From assembly GCA_002010975.1 (NCBI GenBank), contig MTLU01000043.1, forward strand, positions 1 through 55,273: a DNA stretch of 55,273 nucleotides, in the 5' to 3' direction. Position 1 is the stretch's first letter, and every line of letters begins with the position of its first letter. Positions 17,869 through 26,974 of the stretch are shown piece by piece. A program made the position numbers and the translations under genes. Below the pieces are notes generated by a model. That model worked only from the letters and a program-made list of their open reading frames with translations, ran no database searches and was not told the origin of the DNA. Origin of the DNA: Candidatus Bathyarchaeota archaeon JdFR-07. GTDB taxonomy: Archaea > Thermoproteota > Bathyarchaeia > Bathyarchaeales > Bathycorpusculaceae.

Positions 17869-18011
17869 GTTCGCTCCTAAACCCTAAGAAGTGACATGGA
17901 CATTCCTTAAATAGCTTTCCAACAATGGTTATGGAAAATTCATATTCAAATTTCATAATCGTTTTAATTCGCCCAGAGCCTAATCATTCGCTGTTCAGAA
18001 GGGTGAAATAA

Positions 18012-18197
18012 TTGCATACGGCATGGATAAAATTCGATGAATCTCTTCCTTGGATTGAGATAAAAGGTGAATATGCTACAAAACAACAAGCAAAGAAAGC
18101 AGCAGAAAAAGTGTTAGGCAATGCGAAAATCAAAGTAATAAGAGTGTCAAAGAAAGAAAAAGCGAGAGCATTAGTTACAATAAAAGCCTCACATTAA
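18012..18197 (+). CDS. hypothetical small basic protein (61 aa)
   Basis: TTG start preceded by GGGTGA. Lys-rich, no recognisable family. Confidence 0.3.
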   Translation: MHTAWIKFDESLPWIEIKGEYATKQQAKKAAEKVLGNAKIKVIRVSKKEKARALVTIKASH

Positions 18198-18218
18198 AAA
18201 ATTAACTTCTTCCACAGG

Positions 18219-19457
18219 TTAGTAAATCTCTAGTAAGTAATTCCTTAATTTTCTAAAAGTTCCCATTTCTTGATTAATTTTTTCCTCCGCTTCAAAATCA
18301 TTTAGCTCTAACGTTTCATTTATGAAGACAGCAATCTTCCCCATCCAAAGTATTCTTAAAGCATTCAATAAATGCTCCTTTTCGGTTTGTTTAACACGCT
18401 TGAAAGCAGCAAGAAAGGAATAAACGATTTTTGCCCAAGTCTCGCTTGAAAGAGAAAGTTCGTTAGGTTTTGCTTTTTTAAGTTCTTCAACTTTTTTTAG
18501 CAAATATTTAGGTAAAAGCGCACAGTAAATCTTCTCATAACTTTTAAAATATTTTTTGTAGGCTTCTAGAATATTTTTTAGGTTTACCGAGACAGGTTCA
18601 GGTGCTCCAGGGGTGTTCTTTTCGCCAATGATTTCGATTTCTTGAAAATCGAGTTGCTTTTTCCAATTAGCCTCATACCTCTCAATGCATGTAAACATAG
18701 ATCCTACAACTTCTCGGAACATGGAAGCTAAATGTTTTGAAGGATCCTTAGGCTCATGGATCTTTGTTCTCAAAAAAGCTTGCTTTATCTTGAATTCTTT
18801 AGCCAACGCAGTATGTGTTTCAAATATGTCTATTCCGAATCGAGGTACATAAGGTGTTTTCCACAAGTTAGATTCTAGAAGTTCTTGAACGAGCTCCATG
18901 GAAAGACCAAAATCTCCACCAATTGGTTGCCTAACTTTCTTGCCATATAAAGTTGAAGTTAAAGGATAGCAAAGGAAGTTTGTAATTGTACCGTCATATT
19001 TGTGTCTTATATAAAGGGGTGTTACAAAGCCTACCCCCTCTAGTATGGGAGACACCAACAGTTTAATCCATTCGGGAGTTATGCTACGTAGATCTGAATC
19101 TAAAAGCGCTATTGCTTCAGCTTCAAGAAAATGGGCAGCTTCAAAAATTGCTTTAACAGCAGTTCCTTTGCCTGAGACTCCTTTGTATTTAGTTGCAATT
19201 AAATGGATTTTAGAGGGCAGCCGCATGGCTTTTACCACATCTAGCGTTCCGTCACAAGAACCCCCATCCGAAATAAAAATCACAGATTTTTGTTCTGGAA
19301 AATATATTTCAAGCCCCTTTGCAGCTTGATATATCACATAATTGATAGTATGGGCATTGTTAAATGATGGAACGCCAATAACAATGTCTGCTGTCTTTAT
19401 TTCTTCGAGAACCCTATGCCCAGTCCGGGGCAATGCAGAATTATAGTTTTTTCTCAT
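18219..19457 (-). CDS. GT-A glycosyltransferase resembling mannosylglycerate / glycosyl-3-phosphoglycerate synthases
   Basis: IVIGVPSFNNA, SGKGTAVKAIF, DxD LLDSDLRSITPEWI, QPIGGDFGLS, FGIDIFETH, KIHEPKD. The motif order is the same as in MGS/GpgS-type enzymes. Confidence 0.7.
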   Translation of the reverse strand: MRKNYNSALPRTGHRVLEEIKTADIVIGVPSFNNAHTINYVIYQAAKGLEIYFPEQKSVIFISDGGSCDGTLDVVKAMRLPSKIHLIATKYKGVSGKGTAVKAIFEAAHFLEAEAIALLDSDLRSITPEWIKLLVSPILEGVGFVTPLYIRHKYDGTITNFLCYPLTSTLYGKKVRQPIGGDFGLSMELVQELLESNLWKTPYVPRFGIDIFETHTALAKEFKIKQAFLRTKIHEPKDPSKHLASMFREVVGSMFTCIERYEANWKKQLDFQEIEIIGEKNTPGAPEPVSVNLKNILEAYKKYFKSYEKIYCALLPKYLLKKVEELKKAKPNELSLSSETWAKIVYSFLAAFKRVKQTEKEHLLNALRILWMGKIAVFINETLELNDFEAEEKINQEMGTFRKLRNYLLEIY

Positions 19458-19567
19458 ATTGAAATTTCCATTGAAGTGTTATAGAACTTTTACAAGTATT
19501 CCAGTTAAATATTTTTAATTAACAAATCATTTTAGTGCTTTCTATAGGAATGAAAACGAGGATCTAC

Positions 19568-20821
19568 ATGTCCAAAGTAGGTATCGTTCATTACACAGCA
19601 CCACCTAAAAATGTCGCTGGCGTTGAAGTAGTAATTGATTATCATGCAAAATTTTTAACAAAACAGGGCTATGATATTAAAATCATTTTTGGAAAGGGAG
19701 GAGGCTTAGAATATAGTAATTTGGAAGAACATGTGATTCCGTTATTGTCTCCAGACAACCCCCGTGTTCAGAAAGTGCAGAAAGAAATTCTTGAAAAAAA
19801 GAGAGAAACCGAAGATTTTCGAAAATTAAAAGAAGACATAAAAAAGGAGTTGAAACAAGCTTTTTCAAGTCTTAACTCCTGCATAGTTCACAACATTCCA
19901 TCAATGCCATTCAACTTCGCAGCAACAGCTGCCATAAATGAACTTGCCGATGAAACGACAACTAATTTCCTTTTTTGGTTACACGATACTATTCTAGTAA
20001 GAGAAGAATGGCGGGATTTTACAGGCGAATTTCCGGTAACACTGCTACACCATAAAAACAATAAGATAACTTTCATAACCCCGACTTATTATAGAGCAAA
20101 ACAATTTGCGACCCTAAAACCCCCATACAATATTCCCGAAATGACAGTAATTCCAAACGGAGTTAGTGTGGAAGAATATCTGAAAATAGACGAGATTACC
20201 AAACAACTAATGAAACACCTCGGTCTATCCTTCAACGACTATATAATAGTCACTCCAGTTCGCATATTGCCACGAAAAAATATAGAACTCGCATTAAATG
20301 TAATCCACAAGTTAATTCATATCACAGGAGAAAAAAGGAAGATAAGGCTTCTTATTACTGGCCCACCTGGAACAGACCCTGTTTCTGTAGCTTATGAAAA
20401 TAAGCTTAAGGAAATTATAAAAGCCCGAAAGATCGAAGAAAATGTAATATTTTGTCACAATCTGATTAGCTTCAAAAGACATTTTATAAACAACAGAATT
20501 GTTAAGTGGAGCGTTGCAGACGTTTATAACATAGCAGACCTTGTTTTTATACCCAGTAAGGAAGAAGGATTCGGGCTTCCAGTAATAGAAGCAGGAGCGG
20601 CTAGGAGACCTGTTTTTTGTTCAAGGATACCGCCTTTTCAAGAATTAATAAGAGAAGACATTGAAGGTTACATGTTTGATTTGAACAATGCCCCAGAAGA
20701 CATAGCATTTAGAATTTACAAAATAATGCTCGATAGCACAGTTGATAACAATTTTGCTCAAGTAATAGAAAAATATGACTGGGAATCTATAGTAACAAAA
20801 AAACTGATACCTCTGCTTTAA
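19568..20821 (+). CDS. GT-B (GT4-like) glycosyltransferase
   Basis: C-terminal E-x7-E motif SKEEGFGLPVIEAGAARRPVF. ATG 19568 (MSKVGIVHY) preferred over GTG 19535. Confidence 0.8.
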   Translation: MSKVGIVHYTAPPKNVAGVEVVIDYHAKFLTKQGYDIKIIFGKGGGLEYSNLEEHVIPLLSPDNPRVQKVQKEILEKKRETEDFRKLKEDIKKELKQAFSSLNSCIVHNIPSMPFNFAATAAINELADETTTNFLFWLHDTILVREEWRDFTGEFPVTLLHHKNNKITFITPTYYRAKQFATLKPPYNIPEMTVIPNGVSVEEYLKIDEITKQLMKHLGLSFNDYIIVTPVRILPRKNIELALNVIHKLIHITGEKRKIRLLITGPPGTDPVSVAYENKLKEIIKARKIEENVIFCHNLISFKRHFINNRIVKWSVADVYNIADLVFIPSKEEGFGLPVIEAGAARRPVFCSRIPPFQELIREDIEGYMFDLNNAPEDIAFRIYKIMLDSTVDNNFAQVIEKYDWESIVTKKLIPLL

Positions 20822-20847
20822 AGAAAGTAAATAGTTGAGGCGAACAA

Positions 20848-22053
20848 TTGCAAATTTCTGTAATAATACCTACTTATTGGACTTCTATTAGACCGGAAGT
20901 TCAATGTTTAGAACCCAACGCCATATATGACCATCCAACCCCAATAGAAATGCAAAGTACCCTTCCACGTTTATTAAACAGCCTAAAGCAAACAGATATA
21001 CCAAAAAAGTTGACTGTTATCACTGTTATAACAGCCGTGACACACAGTGTACTAGAGAAGAAAGCTGAAGAAAAAGTTAAAGAAATTATAAGTAACTATG
21101 AAGACGATTTTAACATAAAACAACTTTCAGCAACTACTTTAAGAAACCTAATCTTAGAGAAAGAAAGCTTAGCAAGGCTTCTTAGTCTCTATGGCTATTC
21201 TAATGTACGTAACCTAGGTTTGGCAATAGCCCAAGTTCTCAATTCAGATATCATTGTTTTTCTAGATGATGATGTTATTGTCAATGATAAGGAATATTTT
21301 CGGAAAGCCCAAGAGTTTATTGGAAGTCAAATCGACAACAAATTACTTGGAGGTATCGCTGGATATTACATAAATGAAAATGGCGTTTATTATCTAAAGG
21401 TTGATAGAAGGGCTTGGTGGAGAAAATGGTGGCCGAAAGAAGAAAAAATGAACATGGCCTTTAAGATTCTGGAAAGCAGGCAAAGACTTGTGAAAACCAC
21501 TTTTGCCTTTGGAGGCAATATGGTTCTCCATTGGAAAATGTTTGAAAAAATTCCCTTTGACCCATACATAACCAGGGGGGAAGACATGGATTTACTTGTA
21601 AATGCAAAAATGTTTGGTTTCAATTTTCTTTTGGACACCGAATTGAAAGTGTTACATCTGCCTGGCGAAGGGAAAAAATTATGGTCAGAGATGCGCCAAG
21701 ATTTGTATAGGTTTCTTTATATGAGGGGGAAAATTCTGTCGCAAAAACACGTACAGAATATTAGAAAAATATCCATATCTTACCTTGAGCCATATCCAGG
21801 CTATTTTTTACATACAGTGATGCCTTTCAAGTTTGCCTTGTCAAGTATTTTGAACTGTTTACATTCGGTTCTCATAAGGGATAGTGAAGGGTGCAGGGCA
21901 TTTGTTAGTAATCCAATACATATCCCTTCTGCTTTAAAATTCGCTAAAAAACATTCCTTAGCTTATTTCAGATTCCAGAAAAAATGGATGAAAATTATGC
22001 CTAAATTAAGAGGAAAGAAAAAACTAGAAAAGCTTTTGAACGATTCTACCTAG
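20848..22053 (+). CDS. GT2-like (GT-A) glycosyltransferase, paralog of 25439..26542
   Basis: ISVIIPTYW, DxD FLDDDVIV, IPFDPYITRGEDMDL. TTG start. Confidence 0.75.
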   Translation: MQISVIIPTYWTSIRPEVQCLEPNAIYDHPTPIEMQSTLPRLLNSLKQTDIPKKLTVITVITAVTHSVLEKKAEEKVKEIISNYEDDFNIKQLSATTLRNLILEKESLARLLSLYGYSNVRNLGLAIAQVLNSDIIVFLDDDVIVNDKEYFRKAQEFIGSQIDNKLLGGIAGYYINENGVYYLKVDRRAWWRKWWPKEEKMNMAFKILESRQRLVKTTFAFGGNMVLHWKMFEKIPFDPYITRGEDMDLLVNAKMFGFNFLLDTELKVLHLPGEGKKLWSEMRQDLYRFLYMRGKILSQKHVQNIRKISISYLEPYPGYFLHTVMPFKFALSSILNCLHSVLIRDSEGCRAFVSNPIHIPSALKFAKKHSLAYFRFQKKWMKIMPKLRGKKKLEKLLNDST

Positions 22054-22065
22054 CTTTCCTAAATG

Positions 22066-23475
22066 TCAACTTAAAAGACCACATTCTCTTAATCTTGACC
22101 ATGTGCTTTGATTACATCTTCTGCGAAGCATTTCCTTAAGGACGAAATAGTTTCTAGTTCGCTCATTAATTCTTCTCCAAGAAGGATAGCTGAAATAGCG
22201 AGGTCTTCGCTCTTTAGATTTTCCTTCTAAAACTTCTAGAATGACTTGTTGCATCCTCTGCTTATTCTTAAAATCATCGGCTTTGGAGTAAATCATATTA
22301 TTTTCTATTTTTTTAAGTTTTAAGGCTATTTGTTCATACTCACTAATGAGTTTAGTAACATTTTCATCATATGAAGTAATGATTTGTTCTTTTTCTTCTC
22401 TAGTTAAAGGTCTTCCTATTTTTTCATCAATAAGACGGAAGATAAAATCGACGATTTGGTATGCCATATTTTCAAGGTTTTTAAAACTTTGTCCTATGTG
22501 ACGATAGATATCCAAATCTAACTGTGCTATGGATGCTGGACCGATCATGTCATATGTTTGAAAGAGTAGGGAAGTTTCTATGGCATAAGTATTGGGAAAA
22601 TCTACCCTTTCGATTATGTCTCTTGAAACGGCAAACTCTCCAGCAAGGGGATATCGCATGGTTTCCAAACCAAGATATAGCTTAAAAGTTTCAACTATGG
22701 AGTTTAGAAGGGGAATTGCAAGAAGTCTGCAAATGCGTCCTCCCAAAAATATTTTTTGTGGATCTGTCTTGGTAATGGTTATTCTGTTATAGTATGCTTT
22801 AACAAGTTTAATAGCTGCCTCTTGGATGTTCCAAGAGTATATTATGGGATGACAAAGCCCGGTAACAAATTCTTTTTGAAAGTTCATTATATCAGCATCA
22901 ACGAAGCAAAGAATATCTCCTCTTGTTATAGGAACTGAAAGCCATAATCCAGAACCTTTCCCAGGAAGCAAACCGAAAAAACCTGTTACGCCAAACACGC
23001 CATATTTTGCAAACAATTTGGATATATTTTGGTCAAATTGGTGGACTACTTTAAGAAAGAAATCTATAAGCCCCCTTTTCGCCCTTTCCTTCTGGCTTCT
23101 GTACTTGTTAAGCAAATCAACTTGCTCTCTGAAAAGGCCTAGTTCCTCATAGGCTATTTTTACAGCTTTTTCGAGAATTGTAAAATCTGGTTCTCCATTC
23201 CCGTTTCTCGTGGCTCCCATAATAACTATTTCATCCAAGTAGCCTGCATCGACCAACTCGCTACATTCAGCTAAGATTCGGTGAAGCGTAGTTTCTTCTA
23301 TTTCAAGAATTCCTTCAGGTTCAAACTTTGTGGGAATTACAAGAGAAATTGATAAAGGAGAAGATAAGCCGCCCTCATCTAAAACAAATGTGTTAAACTT
23401 TTCTTGTATACACTCGTTAAACGCAAATCGTCTATAGTCACCTAAGTCTAATACATTACTTTCTTTCGAAAACAT
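22066..23475 (-). CDS. glucosyl-3-phosphoglycerate synthase-like GT-A glycosyltransferase (GT81-like)
   Basis: ISLVIPTK, GKGSGLW, FVDADIMNF, GGRICRLLAIPLL, YPLAGEFAVSR, AIETSLL, AQLDLDIYRH. This follows the GpgS/MpgS motif order. Confidence 0.7.
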   Translation of the reverse strand: MFSKESNVLDLGDYRRFAFNECIQEKFNTFVLDEGGLSSPLSISLVIPTKFEPEGILEIEETTLHRILAECSELVDAGYLDEIVIMGATRNGNGEPDFTILEKAVKIAYEELGLFREQVDLLNKYRSQKERAKRGLIDFFLKVVHQFDQNISKLFAKYGVFGVTGFFGLLPGKGSGLWLSVPITRGDILCFVDADIMNFQKEFVTGLCHPIIYSWNIQEAAIKLVKAYYNRITITKTDPQKIFLGGRICRLLAIPLLNSIVETFKLYLGLETMRYPLAGEFAVSRDIIERVDFPNTYAIETSLLFQTYDMIGPASIAQLDLDIYRHIGQSFKNLENMAYQIVDFIFRLIDEKIGRPLTREEKEQIITSYDENVTKLISEYEQIALKLKKIENNMIYSKADDFKNKQRMQQVILEVLEGKSKERRPRYFSYPSWRRINERTRNYFVLKEMLRRRCNQSTWSRLRECGLLS

Positions 23476-23488
23476 TTCTATCTTTCAA

Positions 23489-24166
23489 TTAATTGCCATT
23501 GCTCTCTAAAAAAGTTTTCAATTTGCCTATTAACTCGTAAAAGTCTGAGTGCTCAACTATGGCCGCAACATTAACGATATCCTCATCCTTTGGTCGAAAA
23601 GCAACTCCAATTTTAGCCTTTCGAATTATACACAAGTCGCTTTTTGAATCACCTACTGCAAGGGTTCTGTTGTTTTTTATCGAATATTTATTGAGAAGTT
23701 CGTTCATAACATGTAATTTACAAACAGATTTTCGCTGACAGTTGGGCTGTTTTTCTTTTTCCCAGCCCATAGGCATTATAATTTTTCCAGTTACAATTCC
23801 ATTTCGTATCTCTAGCTTATTGCCTCTTACAATGTCCACACCCAATTTCTTTGCCAATCTAGATGCAAGAAATTCATAAGAATCAGTTACTATAGCTGTA
23901 ACAAACTCTCTAGATTCAAGAAAATTTACAAAGTCTTTTGCTCCTTTTACAACAGGAATTGTGTCAAAAATTTCCTCTAACTTCGCTGCACTAAACCCAG
24001 AAAAAAGCTTGGCAATCTTTAAGCTTATTTCGTAAGCTCGCAAATTTTTGGAGATTCTATCTATCTCAGCAAGATTAGTTGAAAGCCCCAACTTTTCGCA
24101 TAGCACATCAACAGTACGATGTTCTAAAAGCGTTCCATCCATATCCAAAACAGCTAACCATCTCAT
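23489..24166 (-). CDS. HAD-superfamily phosphatase (SerB-like)
   Basis: Motif I LDMDGTLL, motif II IVTDS, motif IV GDSKSDL. ATG 24166 overlaps the upstream GT4 stop (TGATG); TTG 24169 is an alternative start. Confidence 0.8.
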   Translation of the reverse strand: MRWLAVLDMDGTLLEHRTVDVLCEKLGLSTNLAEIDRISKNLRAYEISLKIAKLFSGFSAAKLEEIFDTIPVVKGAKDFVNFLESREFVTAIVTDSYEFLASRLAKKLGVDIVRGNKLEIRNGIVTGKIIMPMGWEKEKQPNCQRKSVCKLHVMNELLNKYSIKNNRTLAVGDSKSDLCIIRKAKIGVAFRPKDEDIVNVAAIVEHSDFYELIGKLKTFLESNGN

Positions 24167-25305
24167 CAAAGAACCTCGTGATAAACTTGCAACGTTTGTT
24201 TTGCAGCCTTATTCCAAGAAAAGAGTTGCAAAATTCTTTTTCTTGCTTCTAAGCCCATGCGGATACGACGTTCTTCATTGCTTAACAAAGAAATTAAAGC
24301 ATCAGCAAGAGCCTTCACGTTTTCTGGTTCCACCAATAATCCTGTACGATTATTTTCTATGACTTCAGGTAAGGCACACGTGTTAAAAGCTACTACGGGC
24401 TTTCCACATGCTTGGGCCTCTGCGGGTGTGAGGCCAAAACCTTCCCAGAGACTGGGGTAACAAAAAACGTCGCAACAAGCATAAAAATGAGGAACAGAAT
24501 AATCAGGAACATAGCCGGAAAAAATTATGGAGTTTTCGATTTTCAGTTTTTTAATAAGCTGCCAAAGGTTGGGAGCATCGTAACGGGCAGCTCCCCCGAT
24601 CAAAAATTTTGTATCAGGTAATTCTTTTAGAATCATGGGAATTGCCCTTATTAGAAATTGGACTCCCTTGTAAGGGGCCAATCTGCCCAAATAAAGGACT
24701 ACGGGAGAATCTTTCAATTTGTAGAATTTTCGAATGTTGGCTCCACTTATTTGAGGATTAAACCGCGTAGTGTCTACACCGTTATAGATGACTCTAATTA
24801 TATCTTCTTTAACAAAATATTTGGTAATTAGTTCCTTTTTCAGGAAGTTACTTACAGTAATTATTCGATTTACTTTGAAGCGGAAGGAAAAAAAGGTACC
24901 GATTCTGTGGTCTATCATTTTAAGTTTTTGTCTGTAGCTTCGCCATGGTTTTATGGGGGCAAAGCCATGATAAGTAAATACATGCGGCTTTTTCAAAAAT
25001 TTGCCAGTAGTGTTTCCTACAAAAATGCATGGGTGATACTGTGTGTGTATTAGATCAAATTTTTCTAGAATTCTTAAGCATTTGAATGGAAATATGAGAT
25101 TTCTGAATAAAGGAATAAACTCTCCTCCGAAGTGAACTTCATAAATTCTAACTGATTGCGGAGGCGTGATTTCGGCTTCGCGACATACAATGGCAACCTC
25201 GTTCCCTGCAGTTTTCACTCTTTTTGCAATTTCCAGTATATGGTTAACTAGGCCAGATCCTGTATGTATTGAGGAACGAATATATGCTATTCGCAAAAAT
25301 GTCAC
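24166..25305 (-). CDS. GT4-family glycosyltransferase
   Basis: YLGRLAPYKG ... PSLWEGFGLTPAEAQACGKPVVA ... TGLLV. GTG start. Confidence 0.85.
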   Translation of the reverse strand: MTFLRIAYIRSSIHTGSGLVNHILEIAKRVKTAGNEVAIVCREAEITPPQSVRIYEVHFGGEFIPLFRNLIFPFKCLRILEKFDLIHTQYHPCIFVGNTTGKFLKKPHVFTYHGFAPIKPWRSYRQKLKMIDHRIGTFFSFRFKVNRIITVSNFLKKELITKYFVKEDIIRVIYNGVDTTRFNPQISGANIRKFYKLKDSPVVLYLGRLAPYKGVQFLIRAIPMILKELPDTKFLIGGAARYDAPNLWQLIKKLKIENSIIFSGYVPDYSVPHFYACCDVFCYPSLWEGFGLTPAEAQACGKPVVAFNTCALPEVIENNRTGLLVEPENVKALADALISLLSNEERRIRMGLEARKRILQLFSWNKAAKQTLQVYHEVL

Positions 25306-25438
25306 CGTTTATACATTCTCAAAGATATCGATGCAAATAGTGTAAACATAGAATTCTTGCAAATCATTATAAGTTTTATGCGCAGCTTTAACTGAGTAGA
25401 CCTATTACATACATGAATTAGAATACTGTGATTAATTC

Positions 25439-26542
25439 ATGCGAATCACGTTCGTGATCATTACAAGAAACCGCCCTCGAAAAATAAGATGCTTAGTGGA
25501 TTCTATTCTGAAAACAGAGTTAGATTCATTTTCAATTGTCTTGATAGACGATAGTAGTGAAAAAAAATTTTGGAAGAATAGAGAATTTCTTAAGTCAATA
25601 TCTGTTCCTTTTAAGCATTTTAGCTCCATTCAAGCAAGAAAGTGTTTTGAAAAGACCTTAGAAGAAATAAAATTGACAGAGAGCGAAGAGGAATTCCTAA
25701 GAGATTGTGTGGGATTAGCATCTCCTTTTAATGGTTATTTATCAGATTTCAAAAGTGGGTTACAGTTTGCTCCTTATTCTCCTGCAAGAAATCTGGGAAT
25801 AAATTGTGCTATAAAATTTTTTAATCCAGAAGCAATACTTTTCTTAGATGATGATTGTCTACTTCTTTATCCTAAAAAATTAAAAAGTCATTTAAAACTT
25901 TTAGGGGCAAGGTTGGATCAAAGGACTATTGTTGCTATTTCAGGGCTTTATAGGGATATTTTCGTGCATAAGAAAGGGAGAGAAAAAATTTCAGAGAGAA
26001 TTGTAAAAATTCTCCGTGGAATAGCGTTCTTCTTGTGGAAGTCCTTTAAAACCGAAAGGAATGTCCGTTTTGTAATTATGCCTTCTCATATGTTAGGGGG
26101 TACACTTATTTTAAGTTGCAAAGTCTTTGCCAACATTCCCTTTGATCCTTATGTAGCTAGAGGAGAGGATCACGCTTATGCTTTAGATCTCAAATTTTTT
26201 TTAAATAAAAAGCATATTGCTATTAGAGATAACAGTTTTATTATTGGGCATTTTAAAGAAGAAAAGCAAAAGAAAGATAACGTTAATGTTCTTAGGGATA
26301 CTTTCAGATTCGTCTATATGCGTACGAAAACGGGGCGTTCTTTTATTTCGTTTTTCACTTTAAGATGGTTGTGTGCGTCTATCGTTGAGTTGATTATAAA
26401 CCCTAGGGGATATAGAGAATGTTTAAAGGAGTTGCGAGTTCTGTTATTTCTCGCACCTAAATATGCAAAAAAGAACTGCAACAAATTCAGATCGAATGCA
26501 AGAGCATGGAAAAAGCTGATAAGTTGGCAAGCAAGAAAGTAA
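25439..26542 (+). CDS. GT2-like (GT-A) glycosyltransferase, paralog of 20848..22053
   Basis: ITFVIITRNRP, FLDDDCLL, IPFDPYVARGEDHAY. Confidence 0.7.
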   Translation: MRITFVIITRNRPRKIRCLVDSILKTELDSFSIVLIDDSSEKKFWKNREFLKSISVPFKHFSSIQARKCFEKTLEEIKLTESEEEFLRDCVGLASPFNGYLSDFKSGLQFAPYSPARNLGINCAIKFFNPEAILFLDDDCLLLYPKKLKSHLKLLGARLDQRTIVAISGLYRDIFVHKKGREKISERIVKILRGIAFFLWKSFKTERNVRFVIMPSHMLGGTLILSCKVFANIPFDPYVARGEDHAYALDLKFFLNKKHIAIRDNSFIIGHFKEEKQKKDNVNVLRDTFRFVYMRTKTGRSFISFFTLRWLCASIVELIINPRGYRECLKELRVLLFLAPKYAKKNCNKFRSNARAWKKLISWQARK

Positions 26543-26621
26543 GATTGCCTTTTTCAGCATCCAACACTTTGGTAGTTAATGCTAGACTCCCTTGAAAACA
26601 GGTTCTATTCTCTACTTTTCT

Positions 26622-26925
26622 GAGTATAGGCACAACTTATTTCCATTAGGATCTTTAAACAAAGCAAAATAACCATGTTCTCCTTGTTCTCCGATAGGTG
26701 TTTTATTCTTCAAAACCATCCTACCTACTTCTCAATTTTCTTTAGTGACGCTTTAATATCGGATGGTGTATATGCAATGGACTATTGTATCTTCCTCAAG
26801 GTTTAATTCTGCGCTGATTCCTTTTCCAGAAGGGGAAAAACATCCAAAGAGGCTGTTCCTAGCTGCGGTGCAACTTCCCAGCCAAAAACCGTCTCATAAA
26901 ATCTCTTAGATCTCTGATAATCTTA
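26622..26925 (-). pseudogene. degraded VOC/glyoxalase-family gene
   Basis: VOC-like segments lie in different minus-strand frames, separated by stops: DYQRSKRFYETVFGWEVAPQLG, SGKGISAELNLEED, AYTPSDIKASLKKIEK, IGEQGEHGYFALFKDPNGNKLCLYSEK*. Confidence 0.65.
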
Positions 26926-26974
26926 ACAAGTCGCTAAAAATTTAAAACATGACTTACAGAGGGTCTAGATAATA

